A stretch of 64,000 bases of DNA. Origin: Phycisphaerales bacterium. GTDB lineage: Bacteria; Planctomycetota; Phycisphaerae; Phycisphaerales; UBA1924. The stretch lies in NCBI GenBank assembly GCA_965227775.1, contig OZ245777.1:2656001-2720000 (forward strand). Reading direction: 5' to 3'. Of the stretch, positions 9,701 to 18,203 are shown piece after piece. The stretch's first letter is position 1. Each line of letters opens with the position of its first letter. Position numbers and translations under genes: made by a program. Below the pieces are notes generated by a model. That model was not told the origin of the DNA and made no database searches. It worked only from the letters and a program-made list of their open reading frames with translations.

Positions 9701-10959
9701 AGAGAGCCCCGATGCCAAAGCGTCAGCAAGCTTCAACACTCTTCGATGCTCTACTGGGTGCATCCCGGCCTGGGCGTGCGAGGGCCCCCCGCGCAAGCGG
9801 GGGCCCCGCCGCCAGCCGCCCCCCTGTACTAGTAGGGGGGGCAAACAGCCAAGCGGCCAACGCAGTCCGCAGCGTCAAGGTGGATTGGCTGAACTACACC
9901 GGCCCCGACTGTCTCGTCCACAAGTTGCGTCAGTACCTCGAAACGACGTGCGGTCTTGGCGAGCCCGACGAAGACAAGCGGCACGGCCTTTACAACTACG
10001 GCAAGGGGCTTTGGTGGGGCAACATCGCGCTTTGCTGGTCGCCCGACAGCAAGCAGCGCGACACCTTTGGGCTCTACATCCCTGCGTCCGGCCTCGACGT
10101 CATCCGCGAAACCATCCCGATCAATCAGCTCTGCCGCTGGCTCCAAAACGGCGGCTGCAAGCCGACGCGCGTCGATATCGCCATCGACGTCGTTGGCGAC
10201 GAGGGAACCGTCGACCTATGCGCAAACGTCCTGAACTCTTGCGAGCGTGGCGAGCTGGTAGGGGCCAAGAGCGTTCGCCCGATTGTGGAGTTCAACCCGC
10301 GCACGGGCGAGATGGCCGGCTGCTCGATCAATGCGGGCGCAAACGGGAAGAACGGATCGGGGCGCACGCTGTGCTGCTACGACAAGGGCCTTGAGCGCAA
10401 GACGCATCCGCCGTGCACGTGGCAACGCTACGAGGTTCGCTTCTGGCGGGACCACGCTCCACTGCTGGCTGAAGACCTCGCCGCCGATCTCCCCGAGCAC
10501 TACCTCGCGCACCACGCGTACGGGGCGTACGACTATCTCGACCACCCCGAGAAACGCAAGCGCGACCGCGAGCGCGTCAAGTGGTGGGCCGAGTTCGTCA
10601 AGGGCGAACGCATCACCACCGCGCGTCCCAAGCGTGCCAAGCCCACGCTTGCAGGCGTCGCCAAGTGGATCGATCGCAGCGTGGTTCCCGCGATTCGCAC
10701 CTATGCCGTTGCCGCGAACATCTCGCTGGAAGAGTTCTTTGCCAAGGTCGTCGGCACGGCAACCCCCGAGCCCAGCCGGAACGCGACGTATTCGCAAGCC
10801 TTCCGCGAGTGGTGCGCGCACGCCGGGGTCTCACGGCGCGTTGCGCTCGATCGCATCGCCCAGGCCAGAGAGAACGCGGGCTCGGACCACGTGGTGCCCC
10901 TCCTCCTCGAGCTGCTGGGCATTGCTGACAGAGAGGCGGTGCCCTGTGGGAGTGGATGA
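9697..10959 (+). CDS. Rolling-circle replication initiation protein (Rep_trans/RstA/MOBT family)
   Basis: VDWLNYT, TRVDIAID, YDKGLE and WQRYEVRF motifs. Confidence 0.88.
   Translation: MKRAPMPKRQQASTLFDALLGASRPGRARAPRASGGPAASRPPVLVGGANSQAANAVRSVKVDWLNYTGPDCLVHKLRQYLETTCGLGEPDEDKRHGLYNYGKGLWWGNIALCWSPDSKQRDTFGLYIPASGLDVIRETIPINQLCRWLQNGGCKPTRVDIAIDVVGDEGTVDLCANVLNSCERGELVGAKSVRPIVEFNPRTGEMAGCSINAGANGKNGSGRTLCCYDKGLERKTHPPCTWQRYEVRFWRDHAPLLAEDLAADLPEHYLAHHAYGAYDYLDHPEKRKRDRERVKWWAEFVKGERITTARPKRAKPTLAGVAKWIDRSVVPAIRTYAVAANISLEEFFAKVVGTATPEPSRNATYSQAFREWCAHAGVSRRVALDRIAQARENAGSDHVVPLLLELLGIADREAVPCGSG
9782..9842 (+). other. Putative double-strand origin (nick-site hairpin) inside rep
   Basis: GGGCCCCCCGC-GCAA-GCGGGGGCCC hairpin followed by CCCCCCT-GTACTAGT-AGGGGGG hairpin. 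Confidence 0.6.
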
Positions 10960-11077
10960 GTTCCTTGTTGAGCTGTCTCGCTGGGTGGGTGCTGGAATGC
11001 TCGGATGCATCGTCGCCAAGGTCGTGTGTGCGATGGGCTGGGGCCCTGTCCAGTGGTTCAACGGGATGATCCGATGA
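10946..11077 (+). CDS. Small hydrophobic minor-coat-like protein (pVII/pIX-like)
   Basis: About 43 aa (VDEFLVELSRWVGAGMLGCIVAKVVCAMGWG...), single TM; overlaps rep stop; ATGA overlap downstream. Confidence 0.55.
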   Translation: MGVDEFLVELSRWVGAGMLGCIVAKVVCAMGWGPVQWFNGMIR

Positions 11078-11472
11078 CCCGCCGCGCGATGCTCATGCTG
11101 CTGGTGTTTCCTGCCGGGGCCGTTGCCGCTCCCGGTGGTGAAGTGCAGCAGCTCGAATTGATCAACATGGAGAGCCTTGGCGAGCTCATCCTCTCAACGG
11201 CCGGACAGATCTTCCTCGCCACGCTGCCGCTCTTCATCATCGCCGCCGTCATCTGGGGCATCGTCAATTTCGGTTACATGCTCATCAGCGGCCAAGGTGT
11301 CAATCCCAACCTCGGCGAAGACGGCCCAGTCCTCGATGAGGGCGTGGGCCTCGACGACGACCAGCTCGCGATTGTCGAAGAGGCGATCAAGAGCGACCGC
11401 GCGGAGAAGGCCAAGGCCGACGCGGACGCGCGGAGGAGAAAACGAATCGGCGATTACCTCGACTCCATCTAG
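11074..11472 (+). CDS. Coat-protein paralogue with charged C-terminal extension
   Basis: Signal peptide (AVA-A), amphipathic helix and TM; aligns without gaps to 11524-11820. Confidence 0.6.
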   Translation: MTRRAMLMLLVFPAGAVAAPGGEVQQLELINMESLGELILSTAGQIFLATLPLFIIAAVIWGIVNFGYMLISGQGVNPNLGEDGPVLDEGVGLDDDQLAIVEEAIKSDRAEKAKADADARRRKRIGDYLDSI

Positions 11473-11523
11473 CGGGCAACTCGGCGTGTTGCCGGCCGCC
11501 CGCGCTTCTTGAAAGGGTTCACG

Positions 11524-11820
11524 ATGAACCACGTTACTCGGCTCGCTCGCAAGTTCGCCCCGCGCATGGGCTCCGTCAAGGTCTCCAACGTCGGCATGGC
11601 CGCACTCGCGATTGGTGCAACGGCTGCGGTGGCTATGGCGACTCCGCCCGACATTGGGGCCATTGCTCCGCCGGTGAGCATCGACAGCATCGGTACCTCC
11701 ATCACGGGTGGTCTGCAGACTCTGTTTGAGACCATCGTGCCGATCGCTCTCTCGGTCGCCCTCGTGCTGGGCGTCGTCACCATGGGTCTCCGACTGCTGC
11801 GCGGTCGTCGCCCTGGCTGA
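11524..11820 (+). CDS. Major coat protein (pVIII-like)
   Basis: Signal peptide ending AMA, ~59-aa mature part with amphipathic helix, TM and basic C-terminus RLLRGRRPG. Confidence 0.78.
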   Translation: MNHVTRLARKFAPRMGSVKVSNVGMAALAIGATAAVAMATPPDIGAIAPPVSIDSIGTSITGGLQTLFETIVPIALSVALVLGVVTMGLRLLRGRRPG

Positions 11821-11859
11821 CACTCGTTGCTCGATGGCGGAAGCTGTCGGGCGGCTTTC

Positions 11860-12039
11860 ATGGACCCCGAAACTCAGGCAATCATCGACGCTCTAGCGGC
11901 CGTACAGGCCGAAGTGGTGACGCTATGGTCAATCGTCCTCTGGCTCTTCCGCTGCGTTCTCTTCTGCATGGGCTGGGCGCTCATGTCCTTCGCTCTCCGG
12001 CCGCGTGGATGGCTCTTCTCGCCCCCGCGATCGCCCTAG
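11860..12039 (+). CDS. Small hydrophobic phage membrane protein
   Basis: 59 aa (MDPETQAIIDALAAV...), single TM, between coat and pIII-like genes. Confidence 0.55.
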   Translation: MDPETQAIIDALAAVQAEVVTLWSIVLWLFRCVLFCMGWALMSFALRPRGWLFSPPRSP

Positions 12040-13328
12040 CACAGACGACCCCAACGTACACGCTCGAAACGCCCTCGGGCACGCTCGCGTCGATCCAATC
12101 GGACAGCGGGCTCGCCGTCGTCTGCACGTTCTACCAGCCCGTGAAGTTCGTATCGATGGGCATCGAAAACGGTTGGGAGTGGGGCCGCTTCGTCGAGGAT
12201 GGCACGAGCCTCGTCGGCACCGATGCTGCGCTCCACGGCCCGTATCTGCCCAGCCGCTCCGTGGGTTCGCGCAACGTGTGGTCCTTCGGGGAGGTGGATG
12301 CCTCATTCGCGGAGCCCGTTCAGGCCGTGTACCCCGGTGAGGCCGCGAACCTCTCACCGACCGTTCAGGCGGGATGGATCGCGGACCATCTCTACCTCGA
12401 CATCTCGAACAGCATCTGGCGGAACAACACGGCGCACGCGAACCCTGATCAACTGGGTTCCGCTCGTGCGTGGCCGGAGCAGCCGAAGCTGAATCTAGAT
12501 TTCGCGACGCAGCTCACCGCCGGCACACCGCGTGTTGTCAAGGGTGTCATTGATGAACCGGCCCCCGGCTTTACGGATCGCTACTACCGGCGACTCGCTG
12601 AGGGCGGTGAGACCTGGGCGTTCGTGAGCACTACCGCGCTCACGAAGCCGTCATTCCCGTCACAGGATCCCATCCACGTGTGGACGGTGGAGATCACCGC
12701 TGACCCGTTCAAGGGTGGCGACAGCGGGGGCGGCTCATTCGACCCCTCGGGGATCATCAATGCCATCGTTGCCCAAACCAATATGCAGGAGGCGTACTTC
12801 AACACGTGGTCCAGCATCTTTGCGAACATGGACGCGAACATCTCCGGCGAGCTGTACGGTCAGAACTGGGAGCAGCGCGACAAGACGCGCAACGACCACC
12901 TCGCGATCATCTCCTCTCGTACTGGTTCGTTGCTGTCGAGCGTGTCGCAGCTCAACAGCTACGCGAACCAGATACTCCAGGCCATCCAGCCGACGCAGGT
13001 CCCGCCAACGCTGGCCGGCCTCGGCGAGAACACGCCAACGCCCGAGCTGCTGATCGACCCCGTCGAGCAGATCCCAACCGTGGATGAGGTCAGGCCGGAC
13101 GGCTTCGACCTGCCCGGCGCACCACCGGACCCGAGCGGGCCACCCGTGTGGAACTTCACCTTGCCGCTGGGCTCCATCCCGATGATGCAGGACGCGTTTG
13201 GGGATCAGCAGTTCTCGGTGGATCTGTCGAGCTGGGCCACGTTCGTCCAGTCGATCCACTCGCTCGTCATCCTCATGTTCACGCTGTTCATGTTCTTCGC
13301 CGTGATGGCTGAAACGGAGAAGAGCTGA
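11925..13328 (+). CDS. Attachment/receptor-binding protein (pIII-like); start may be 12009
   Basis: AIALAQ signal-like cleavage site, GGDSGGGS linker, Pro-rich segment, C-terminal TM anchor; position before pVI/Zot. Confidence 0.72.
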   Translation: MVNRPLALPLRSLLHGLGAHVLRSPAAWMALLAPAIALAQTTPTYTLETPSGTLASIQSDSGLAVVCTFYQPVKFVSMGIENGWEWGRFVEDGTSLVGTDAALHGPYLPSRSVGSRNVWSFGEVDASFAEPVQAVYPGEAANLSPTVQAGWIADHLYLDISNSIWRNNTAHANPDQLGSARAWPEQPKLNLDFATQLTAGTPRVVKGVIDEPAPGFTDRYYRRLAEGGETWAFVSTTALTKPSFPSQDPIHVWTVEITADPFKGGDSGGGSFDPSGIINAIVAQTNMQEAYFNTWSSIFANMDANISGELYGQNWEQRDKTRNDHLAIISSRTGSLLSSVSQLNSYANQILQAIQPTQVPPTLAGLGENTPTPELLIDPVEQIPTVDEVRPDGFDLPGAPPDPSGPPVWNFTLPLGSIPMMQDAFGDQQFSVDLSSWATFVQSIHSLVILMFTLFMFFAVMAETEKS

Positions 13329-13657
13329 TGTTCGCGTGGTTCCGTAGCGTCCTCATCACGCTCCAGCAAGAGTTCTGGGAGAGCCTCTCCGTGTTCGTGG
13401 ACGCAGTCCTCGAATACATGCTCCAAACCCTCTTCGGCGTGCTCGACTGGTTCCGCGACCAGTTCCCCAACGTCATGGACACGCTCAACATCGACGGCAC
13501 GCTCACCGCCATCTGGGCGAGCCCGTTCTATGACATCGCCGCGTTCTTGATCCCGGTGCGCGAGCTGTTCGCCATTTGGGCCGTTGCCATGGTCCTCGCG
13601 GGCACCATCCGCATCACCCGGTTCATCATCGGATGGATCCCAACGATCGAAGGCTGA
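13328..13657 (+). CDS. Minor coat protein (pVI-like)
   Basis: 109 aa, hydrophobic, ends RFIIGWIPTIEG; directly upstream of Zot. Confidence 0.72.
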   Translation: MFAWFRSVLITLQQEFWESLSVFVDAVLEYMLQTLFGVLDWFRDQFPNVMDTLNIDGTLTAIWASPFYDIAAFLIPVRELFAIWAVAMVLAGTIRITRFIIGWIPTIEG

Positions 13658-13660
13658 CCA

Positions 13661-15070
13661 GTGGACTTTCAAACCGGCATCGTGTTCATCGAAGGTCTGC
13701 CCGGAGCCGGTAAGAGCTTTGCGGCCGTGGAGGAGCTGGTCCGCCAGATCGTCAAGAACAAGCGGCAGGTCTTCACAAACCTCCCGATGAGCGATGCGGT
13801 GCTGCGCAAGTATCTTCGCCGCACGGCGGGCAGAGACGCATTCGCCAATCTCTACGTCCCGCTGACCGAGACGCACTGGCGTCGCTTCCTCGAGCGAGCG
13901 GAGCGCGTCTCGAACATGCAAGAGCAATGGTCGGCCGAGCTGGACGATCTGGGCGTGAAGCGTCGGTCTAGTGCGGACTTCCTGAAGTGGTACGACGAGA
14001 AGACCGGCGACAAGGCGATCACGCGCGGCAAGGACGCCAACTGGATCCCGACTGGTGCCGTCGTCATCCTCGACGAGGCCCACAAGTGGTGCCCGCAGTC
14101 CGGCGCGCACAAAGACTCGACGCTGCTTGGCTACACGTCGATGCACCGCCACTTCTACCACTTGATCTACTGCGTCACGCAGCACCCCATGAACGTCGCG
14201 ATTGAGTTTCGGCGGATGGCCAAGACGTACATACGCGTGGACAACGCCGGCTCACTGCCGATCCTCGGGCCCATCACGCTCAACCGGCTCGGCCTCGCAA
14301 CCAACCTGGCGCGGTACTGCTACTACAGCCCGGAGACCTACAAGCTCGCAGCTGACAGTGGGGGGGTCCAAGGCTCTCCAGACCGTACACGCATCGTCTG
14401 GTTCACGCTCAAGCGTCATATCTGGAAGCTGTACAACTCCAACGTGCACGCGGGCATGTCACGAGCCGAGCAGCGACGTCTGCACGAGCGGGTACTCGAC
14501 GAAGCCGGCGTAGAGCTTCCCAAGGCTGACAAGCCGCGCAAGAAACACCGAAAGCGGACGACGATGGTGCGTCGGTTCGCGGGGCTGTTCCGCCTCGCGT
14601 GCTACGGCCTTGTGCTGTTCGTGACGCTCATTCTCGGCGTCACCATCGGTCGCCACACTGGCGAGTCAACTTCCGAAACGCCCGAGCAAGCGGGCACACC
14701 TACGGAGATCCTCACAGATGCAACGACCACGATACCAACGCTCGAATACCTATCCGACCAGTGGGCACGGCTTGACGGGGAGCGCGTCGATGTTGGAACG
14801 ACCCATCGCGCACACGTGCTGCTCTCGGTCAGCCGCGACGACGGCTATGCGGTCGTTGTTCCTGTCGATGGCGACGGCGATGCTTGGCTGCTCGTCCCTG
14901 GTCGAGAACCCGAAAGCCTCGGCGCCGCCGATCAGCTCCTGGCTCGATTCCGCGATGAAGCGCGCAGACGCTTTGCCGAGGGCGGAATCGCAGGCCCAGA
15001 GCAGAGAGCCACTACCGAATCCGGAAGTGTCGATCCGGGCCAACGGCGTGAAACTTCCCCAGCTCCTTGA
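13661..15070 (+). CDS. Zot-like/pI morphogenesis ATPase
   Basis: Walker A GLPGAGKS, Walker B VVILDEAH, HRH, VTQ, one TM helix after the ATPase domain. Confidence 0.92.
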   Translation: MDFQTGIVFIEGLPGAGKSFAAVEELVRQIVKNKRQVFTNLPMSDAVLRKYLRRTAGRDAFANLYVPLTETHWRRFLERAERVSNMQEQWSAELDDLGVKRRSSADFLKWYDEKTGDKAITRGKDANWIPTGAVVILDEAHKWCPQSGAHKDSTLLGYTSMHRHFYHLIYCVTQHPMNVAIEFRRMAKTYIRVDNAGSLPILGPITLNRLGLATNLARYCYYSPETYKLAADSGGVQGSPDRTRIVWFTLKRHIWKLYNSNVHAGMSRAEQRRLHERVLDEAGVELPKADKPRKKHRKRTTMVRRFAGLFRLACYGLVLFVTLILGVTIGRHTGESTSETPEQAGTPTEILTDATTTIPTLEYLSDQWARLDGERVDVGTTHRAHVLLSVSRDDGYAVVVPVDGDGDAWLLVPGREPESLGAADQLLARFRDEARRRFAEGGIAGPEQRATTESGSVDPGQRRETSPAP

Positions 15071-16067
15071 GGATCTGGTTGCCGACTACGGCGTGCCAGT
15101 CACGTCGCCGGCGTCTGAGGACACAGTGGACCTGTGGTTCGTCGGGCCGCTCTCGCAGGCACTTGGCCTCATTGCAGCGCAAGTTGAGATGAATCTCGCC
15201 GAGACCGTCGACGGCTATCACCTTCTGGCGAAGACGTCGGCCCGGGTCACGCCGTCTCAGTTCGTCGGACCTGAAGAGGCGTCGGCTGCCGTCTCCGTTG
15301 CCTATCCCGATCTCTCCGTAGCCGTCGCTGGCGGATCGCTCGTGATAGCGGGGGAGGGCGTGGACGATGCCGCGTCTCTGGTGGAGTCTCTCAACGCCTT
15401 GCCGGCGACCTGGATGTTGGATGTTCTTGTGGTGGAGCTGCAGGCTTCGGCCGCGCGTGAGCTCGGTCTCGACTGGTCCCTCGGCCTGACGCTCAGTGCA
15501 CGAGCGGACGCTGGCACGGGCATCACAGCCACACAGGGGCCGGTGCTGGGTGGCCGCGCTGCTGCTATCGCCGAAGTAATCGGCCGGCTTCGGGCTGAAA
15601 CCCGCTTGGCCAGCCTCGCAAACCGGGGAACGCTCTACCTGCTCGACGGCCAGTCCGCGACAATGAGACAGGGCGATCAGATACCAGTGCCTCGACGCGT
15701 GACGAGCGCAGAGGGCACCGTGTCAGTTGTCGGGTTTGAAAACATCGAGACCGGATTCACGCTCACTGCAACCGCGCGGCCAGCGGGGGAGTATGTACGT
15801 CTCGATCTGGCTCCGACGATCTCAGAGGTCTCGGGGTTCGTACAGAACGAAGCGCCGATCCTTCTGGAGCGATCGGCCGAACTGGTGGCTTTGGTCCGCC
15901 CGGGGGAGTGGTTGGTCGTTTCCGGTTTCGACCGAGCGAGCAACCGTGAAAACCGATCTGGGATCAATGCTGCAAGCCTGCTGACCTCAGCAGAGAGCGC
16001 TACCGATGAGACCTCAACGATCGTCATGCTCGTGCGCCTGTCGTCCATCCTGGCGGCTGTGCAGTGA
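14847..16067 (+). CDS. Phage secretin (pIV/GspD-like) with lipoprotein signal
   Basis: MRSLFLSMATAMLGC lipobox; LDVLVVEL..ELGLDW, GDQIPV..IETGFTL and VRPGEWLVVSG secretin-domain motifs. Confidence 0.82.
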   Translation: MRSLFLSMATAMLGCSSLVENPKASAPPISSWLDSAMKRADALPRAESQAQSREPLPNPEVSIRANGVKLPQLLEDLVADYGVPVTSPASEDTVDLWFVGPLSQALGLIAAQVEMNLAETVDGYHLLAKTSARVTPSQFVGPEEASAAVSVAYPDLSVAVAGGSLVIAGEGVDDAASLVESLNALPATWMLDVLVVELQASAARELGLDWSLGLTLSARADAGTGITATQGPVLGGRAAAIAEVIGRLRAETRLASLANRGTLYLLDGQSATMRQGDQIPVPRRVTSAEGTVSVVGFENIETGFTLTATARPAGEYVRLDLAPTISEVSGFVQNEAPILLERSAELVALVRPGEWLVVSGFDRASNRENRSGINAASLLTSAESATDETSTIVMLVRLSSILAAVQ

Positions 16068-16228
16068 CGGCTGTTCAAACGTTCGCGGTGTATGCCTGCT
16101 CGTTGCTGTACTGGATCGCGGACGCGGTGACGCCCGGTCTCAATATCGCGTACGTGGTCGCCGCCCTGCTCATTGTCGTATTCGTGAAGCCGCCGCGACA
16201 GAAATGCGAACCAACGCAAGCCCTCTAG
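16064..16228 (+). CDS. Small two-helix membrane protein (absent from ORF track)
   Basis: GTGA overlap with secretin stop; 54 aa MTAVQTFAVYACSLLYWIADAVTPGLNIAYVVAALLIVVFVKPPRQK... Confidence 0.45.
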   Translation: MTAVQTFAVYACSLLYWIADAVTPGLNIAYVVAALLIVVFVKPPRQKCEPTQAL

Positions 16229-16809
16229 ATGCGCGACGCGGCCGCGTAGGCGGCCTCCGCGATGAACGCTGCCAGTGGCTCGGGGTCATACCCCGTGCTC
16301 GCCCGAACGTGCAGGATGGGCAATCCAGCTGCTTCGTAGGCCTCATCAACGAACTCGTCCCGAGCCCGTCGCTTCGGCGAGTTGTGCGAACGATCGTCAA
16401 GTTCAATGACGGCGATTGGCTGCTGCCCGAGGCACACCAAAAAGTCGACGTGTTTCGACGAGATGCGATTAAACCAGTGTTGCCATCGAGGCGTCCCGGG
16501 CACGACCTGCAGGATGTCGGCGATCCGGACCTTCCGGTGAATGCGTACGTGCGGGTCGTCGACACACGCACTGAGAACCTCGTCGAATCGGGCCTCGGCG
16601 GCGCTCATGAAGGCCGGCGATATGACGTACGGTGGTGGCTCTTTCGGCGGCGGAGACGGCTTCGGCGTGGTCGCCGGCGGTGGGCTCGCGACCTCGCTGC
16701 GGGACCGAAGGTAACCCTTGTAGTAGTCCTCACGTTCGCCGGAGATAAGCCCAAACAGCCATCGCAGAAACTGAAGCAGGGGTGGCTCAGGGGGTGGTCG
16801 TCTGCCCAT
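16225..16809 (-). CDS. DUF2726 domain protein (PD-(D/E)xK-like fold)
   Basis: MSAAEARF, KVRIADIL, KHVDFLVC, IELDDRSH, RDEFVD..AGLPILHV. Confidence 0.8.
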   Translation of the reverse strand: MGRRPPPEPPLLQFLRWLFGLISGEREDYYKGYLRSRSEVASPPPATTPKPSPPPKEPPPYVISPAFMSAAEARFDEVLSACVDDPHVRIHRKVRIADILQVVPGTPRWQHWFNRISSKHVDFLVCLGQQPIAVIELDDRSHNSPKRRARDEFVDEAYEAAGLPILHVRASTGYDPEPLAAFIAEAAYAAASRI

Positions 16810-17006
16810 TATGGGTGGCCTGTCGTCGGGTGTTGGAGCGCCGGAGAGTGCGCAAACCATAACCCGATCTCACCCGCGAGAGGTGATCGGCACAACCCCA
16901 GTTGCACAAACGCAGATCGGCGAGTATCCCCTGAAATGGGGGGTGAATGCAACAGGCGCCCCCCGTTCAGCTCCACGCCGCAAGTTTCTTTGCACCCACG
17001 CAGGCA

Positions 17007-17618
17007 TCAACGAATGAGACCTCGACCATCGTCATGCCGGTACGTCTGGGGTCGAGTCTCTTGCGTGGCTCGTGAACGCATGCCTTTGAGTTCATCAGAC
17101 GGCACGCTGCGAATCGTGTGCTGCAGGAACTTCACCACTTGCGCCGGATCGGTTGGTCTGGGGTCCGAGATGCACAGCACGGGCAACCCGGCAGACCGGC
17201 ACGCCGCATCCAGGAACGCGTCGGGTTCTCCGCATCGGCGCGAGCGATCGGTGAGTTGGATGATCGCGACAGGTCGGGTGCCCGCGCACACCAGAAAGTC
17301 CGCCCGCTCTGGAGAGATGCGACCAAACCAGAACGACCACTCCTTACAGCGTGGCGGGATGGTCAGAACGTCGATCATCCGAACCTTGCGGTGGAGGGTC
17401 AGGTGAAGCTCGTCGGCGCAGGACCGGATCAGCTCGTCAAGGGCGATCTCGGCTTCGCTCATGAAGGACGGTGCAACCTCGTAGGGCATCTGGGCTTCGT
17501 CGCCCCCCCTCGATTGGGTGGGGCCGTTGACTCGCGAGACTCGTGGTTGGCTCGAGAGCATCGCAGGAAGTCGCCGCATGACGGCGAAGAGGGGCTTGGA
17601 TTTCGTCGTGCTGTGCAT
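17007..17618 (-). CDS. Second, degenerate DUF2726-like protein
   Basis: FMSEAEIAL, KVRMIDVL, ADFLVC, IQLTDRS and AGLPVL are paralogous to the adjacent gene. Confidence 0.65.
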   Translation of the reverse strand: MHSTTKSKPLFAVMRRLPAMLSSQPRVSRVNGPTQSRGGDEAQMPYEVAPSFMSEAEIALDELIRSCADELHLTLHRKVRMIDVLTIPPRCKEWSFWFGRISPERADFLVCAGTRPVAIIQLTDRSRRCGEPDAFLDAACRSAGLPVLCISDPRPTDPAQVVKFLQHTIRSVPSDELKGMRSRATQETRPQTYRHDDGRGLIR

Positions 17619-17718
17619 GGTGGAGTTGTCCCGTGAGCGTGTTCATCGATCCCCAAAGTGGGGGTGTGTTCCAGCGGGCGAGCGAGTCGTTCGATCGGAA
17701 GCGGGCATCCGCCGATAG

Positions 17719-18015
17719 GTGCCTCAGATGAGTCGCCGTGAGGCCTTTAGCTTCGTTCTTCAGGGTGAGGACCTCGACCAGCTCCGAGCCGCACTGCTGG
17801 CGGCGCAGGAGCACCACCTCGATCGCGCCCGCCACTGGCGCCGAGAATCGGGGCCCGGTTGCAATGAGGCGGCACGCGACGCGGTGCAGGCTGCGGACCG
17901 GTGTCGCAGGCTCTGGGCATTGCTCGCTGGCGTGCGTTGCTGTCGCTGCGAGGGATCCGTTCCCGTCGGGGATGTCGCGCGCGATGACCTACTGGCCTTC
18001 CTCGATGGCCGCTAG
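17719..18015 (+). CDS. Phage hypothetical protein
   Basis: 98-aa ORF with plausible helical composition; no family recognised. Confidence 0.35.
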   Translation: MPQMSRREAFSFVLQGEDLDQLRAALLAAQEHHLDRARHWRRESGPGCNEAARDAVQAADRCRRLWALLAGVRCCRCEGSVPVGDVARDDLLAFLDGR

Positions 18016-18203
18016 ACGTCCTCCGTGGGCCGCGCGACCGTCCTCTTTCGTCGTCTCCGTGCCAGAGCAACCCCGTCCCCGATGGCGGAGCATGCCCCTT
18101 GCGGGCGTACAATGCCGCCGGCGGGGACGGGGTTGCGGCGAACCGCACCGTGCGTCCGATTGCGGCGACATGATGGACCATTCCAACCCCCTTCGCCGGC
18201 TGG

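Noticed and set aside
13661..15070. Zot as an enterotoxin or virulence gene
   Set aside because: Context shows the phage assembly ATPase; nothing supports a toxin domain
16006..17406. 466-aa plus-strand ORF in the prophage cargo region
   Set aside because: Antisense to the two DUF2726-like genes; Arg/Cys-rich non-coding-like composition
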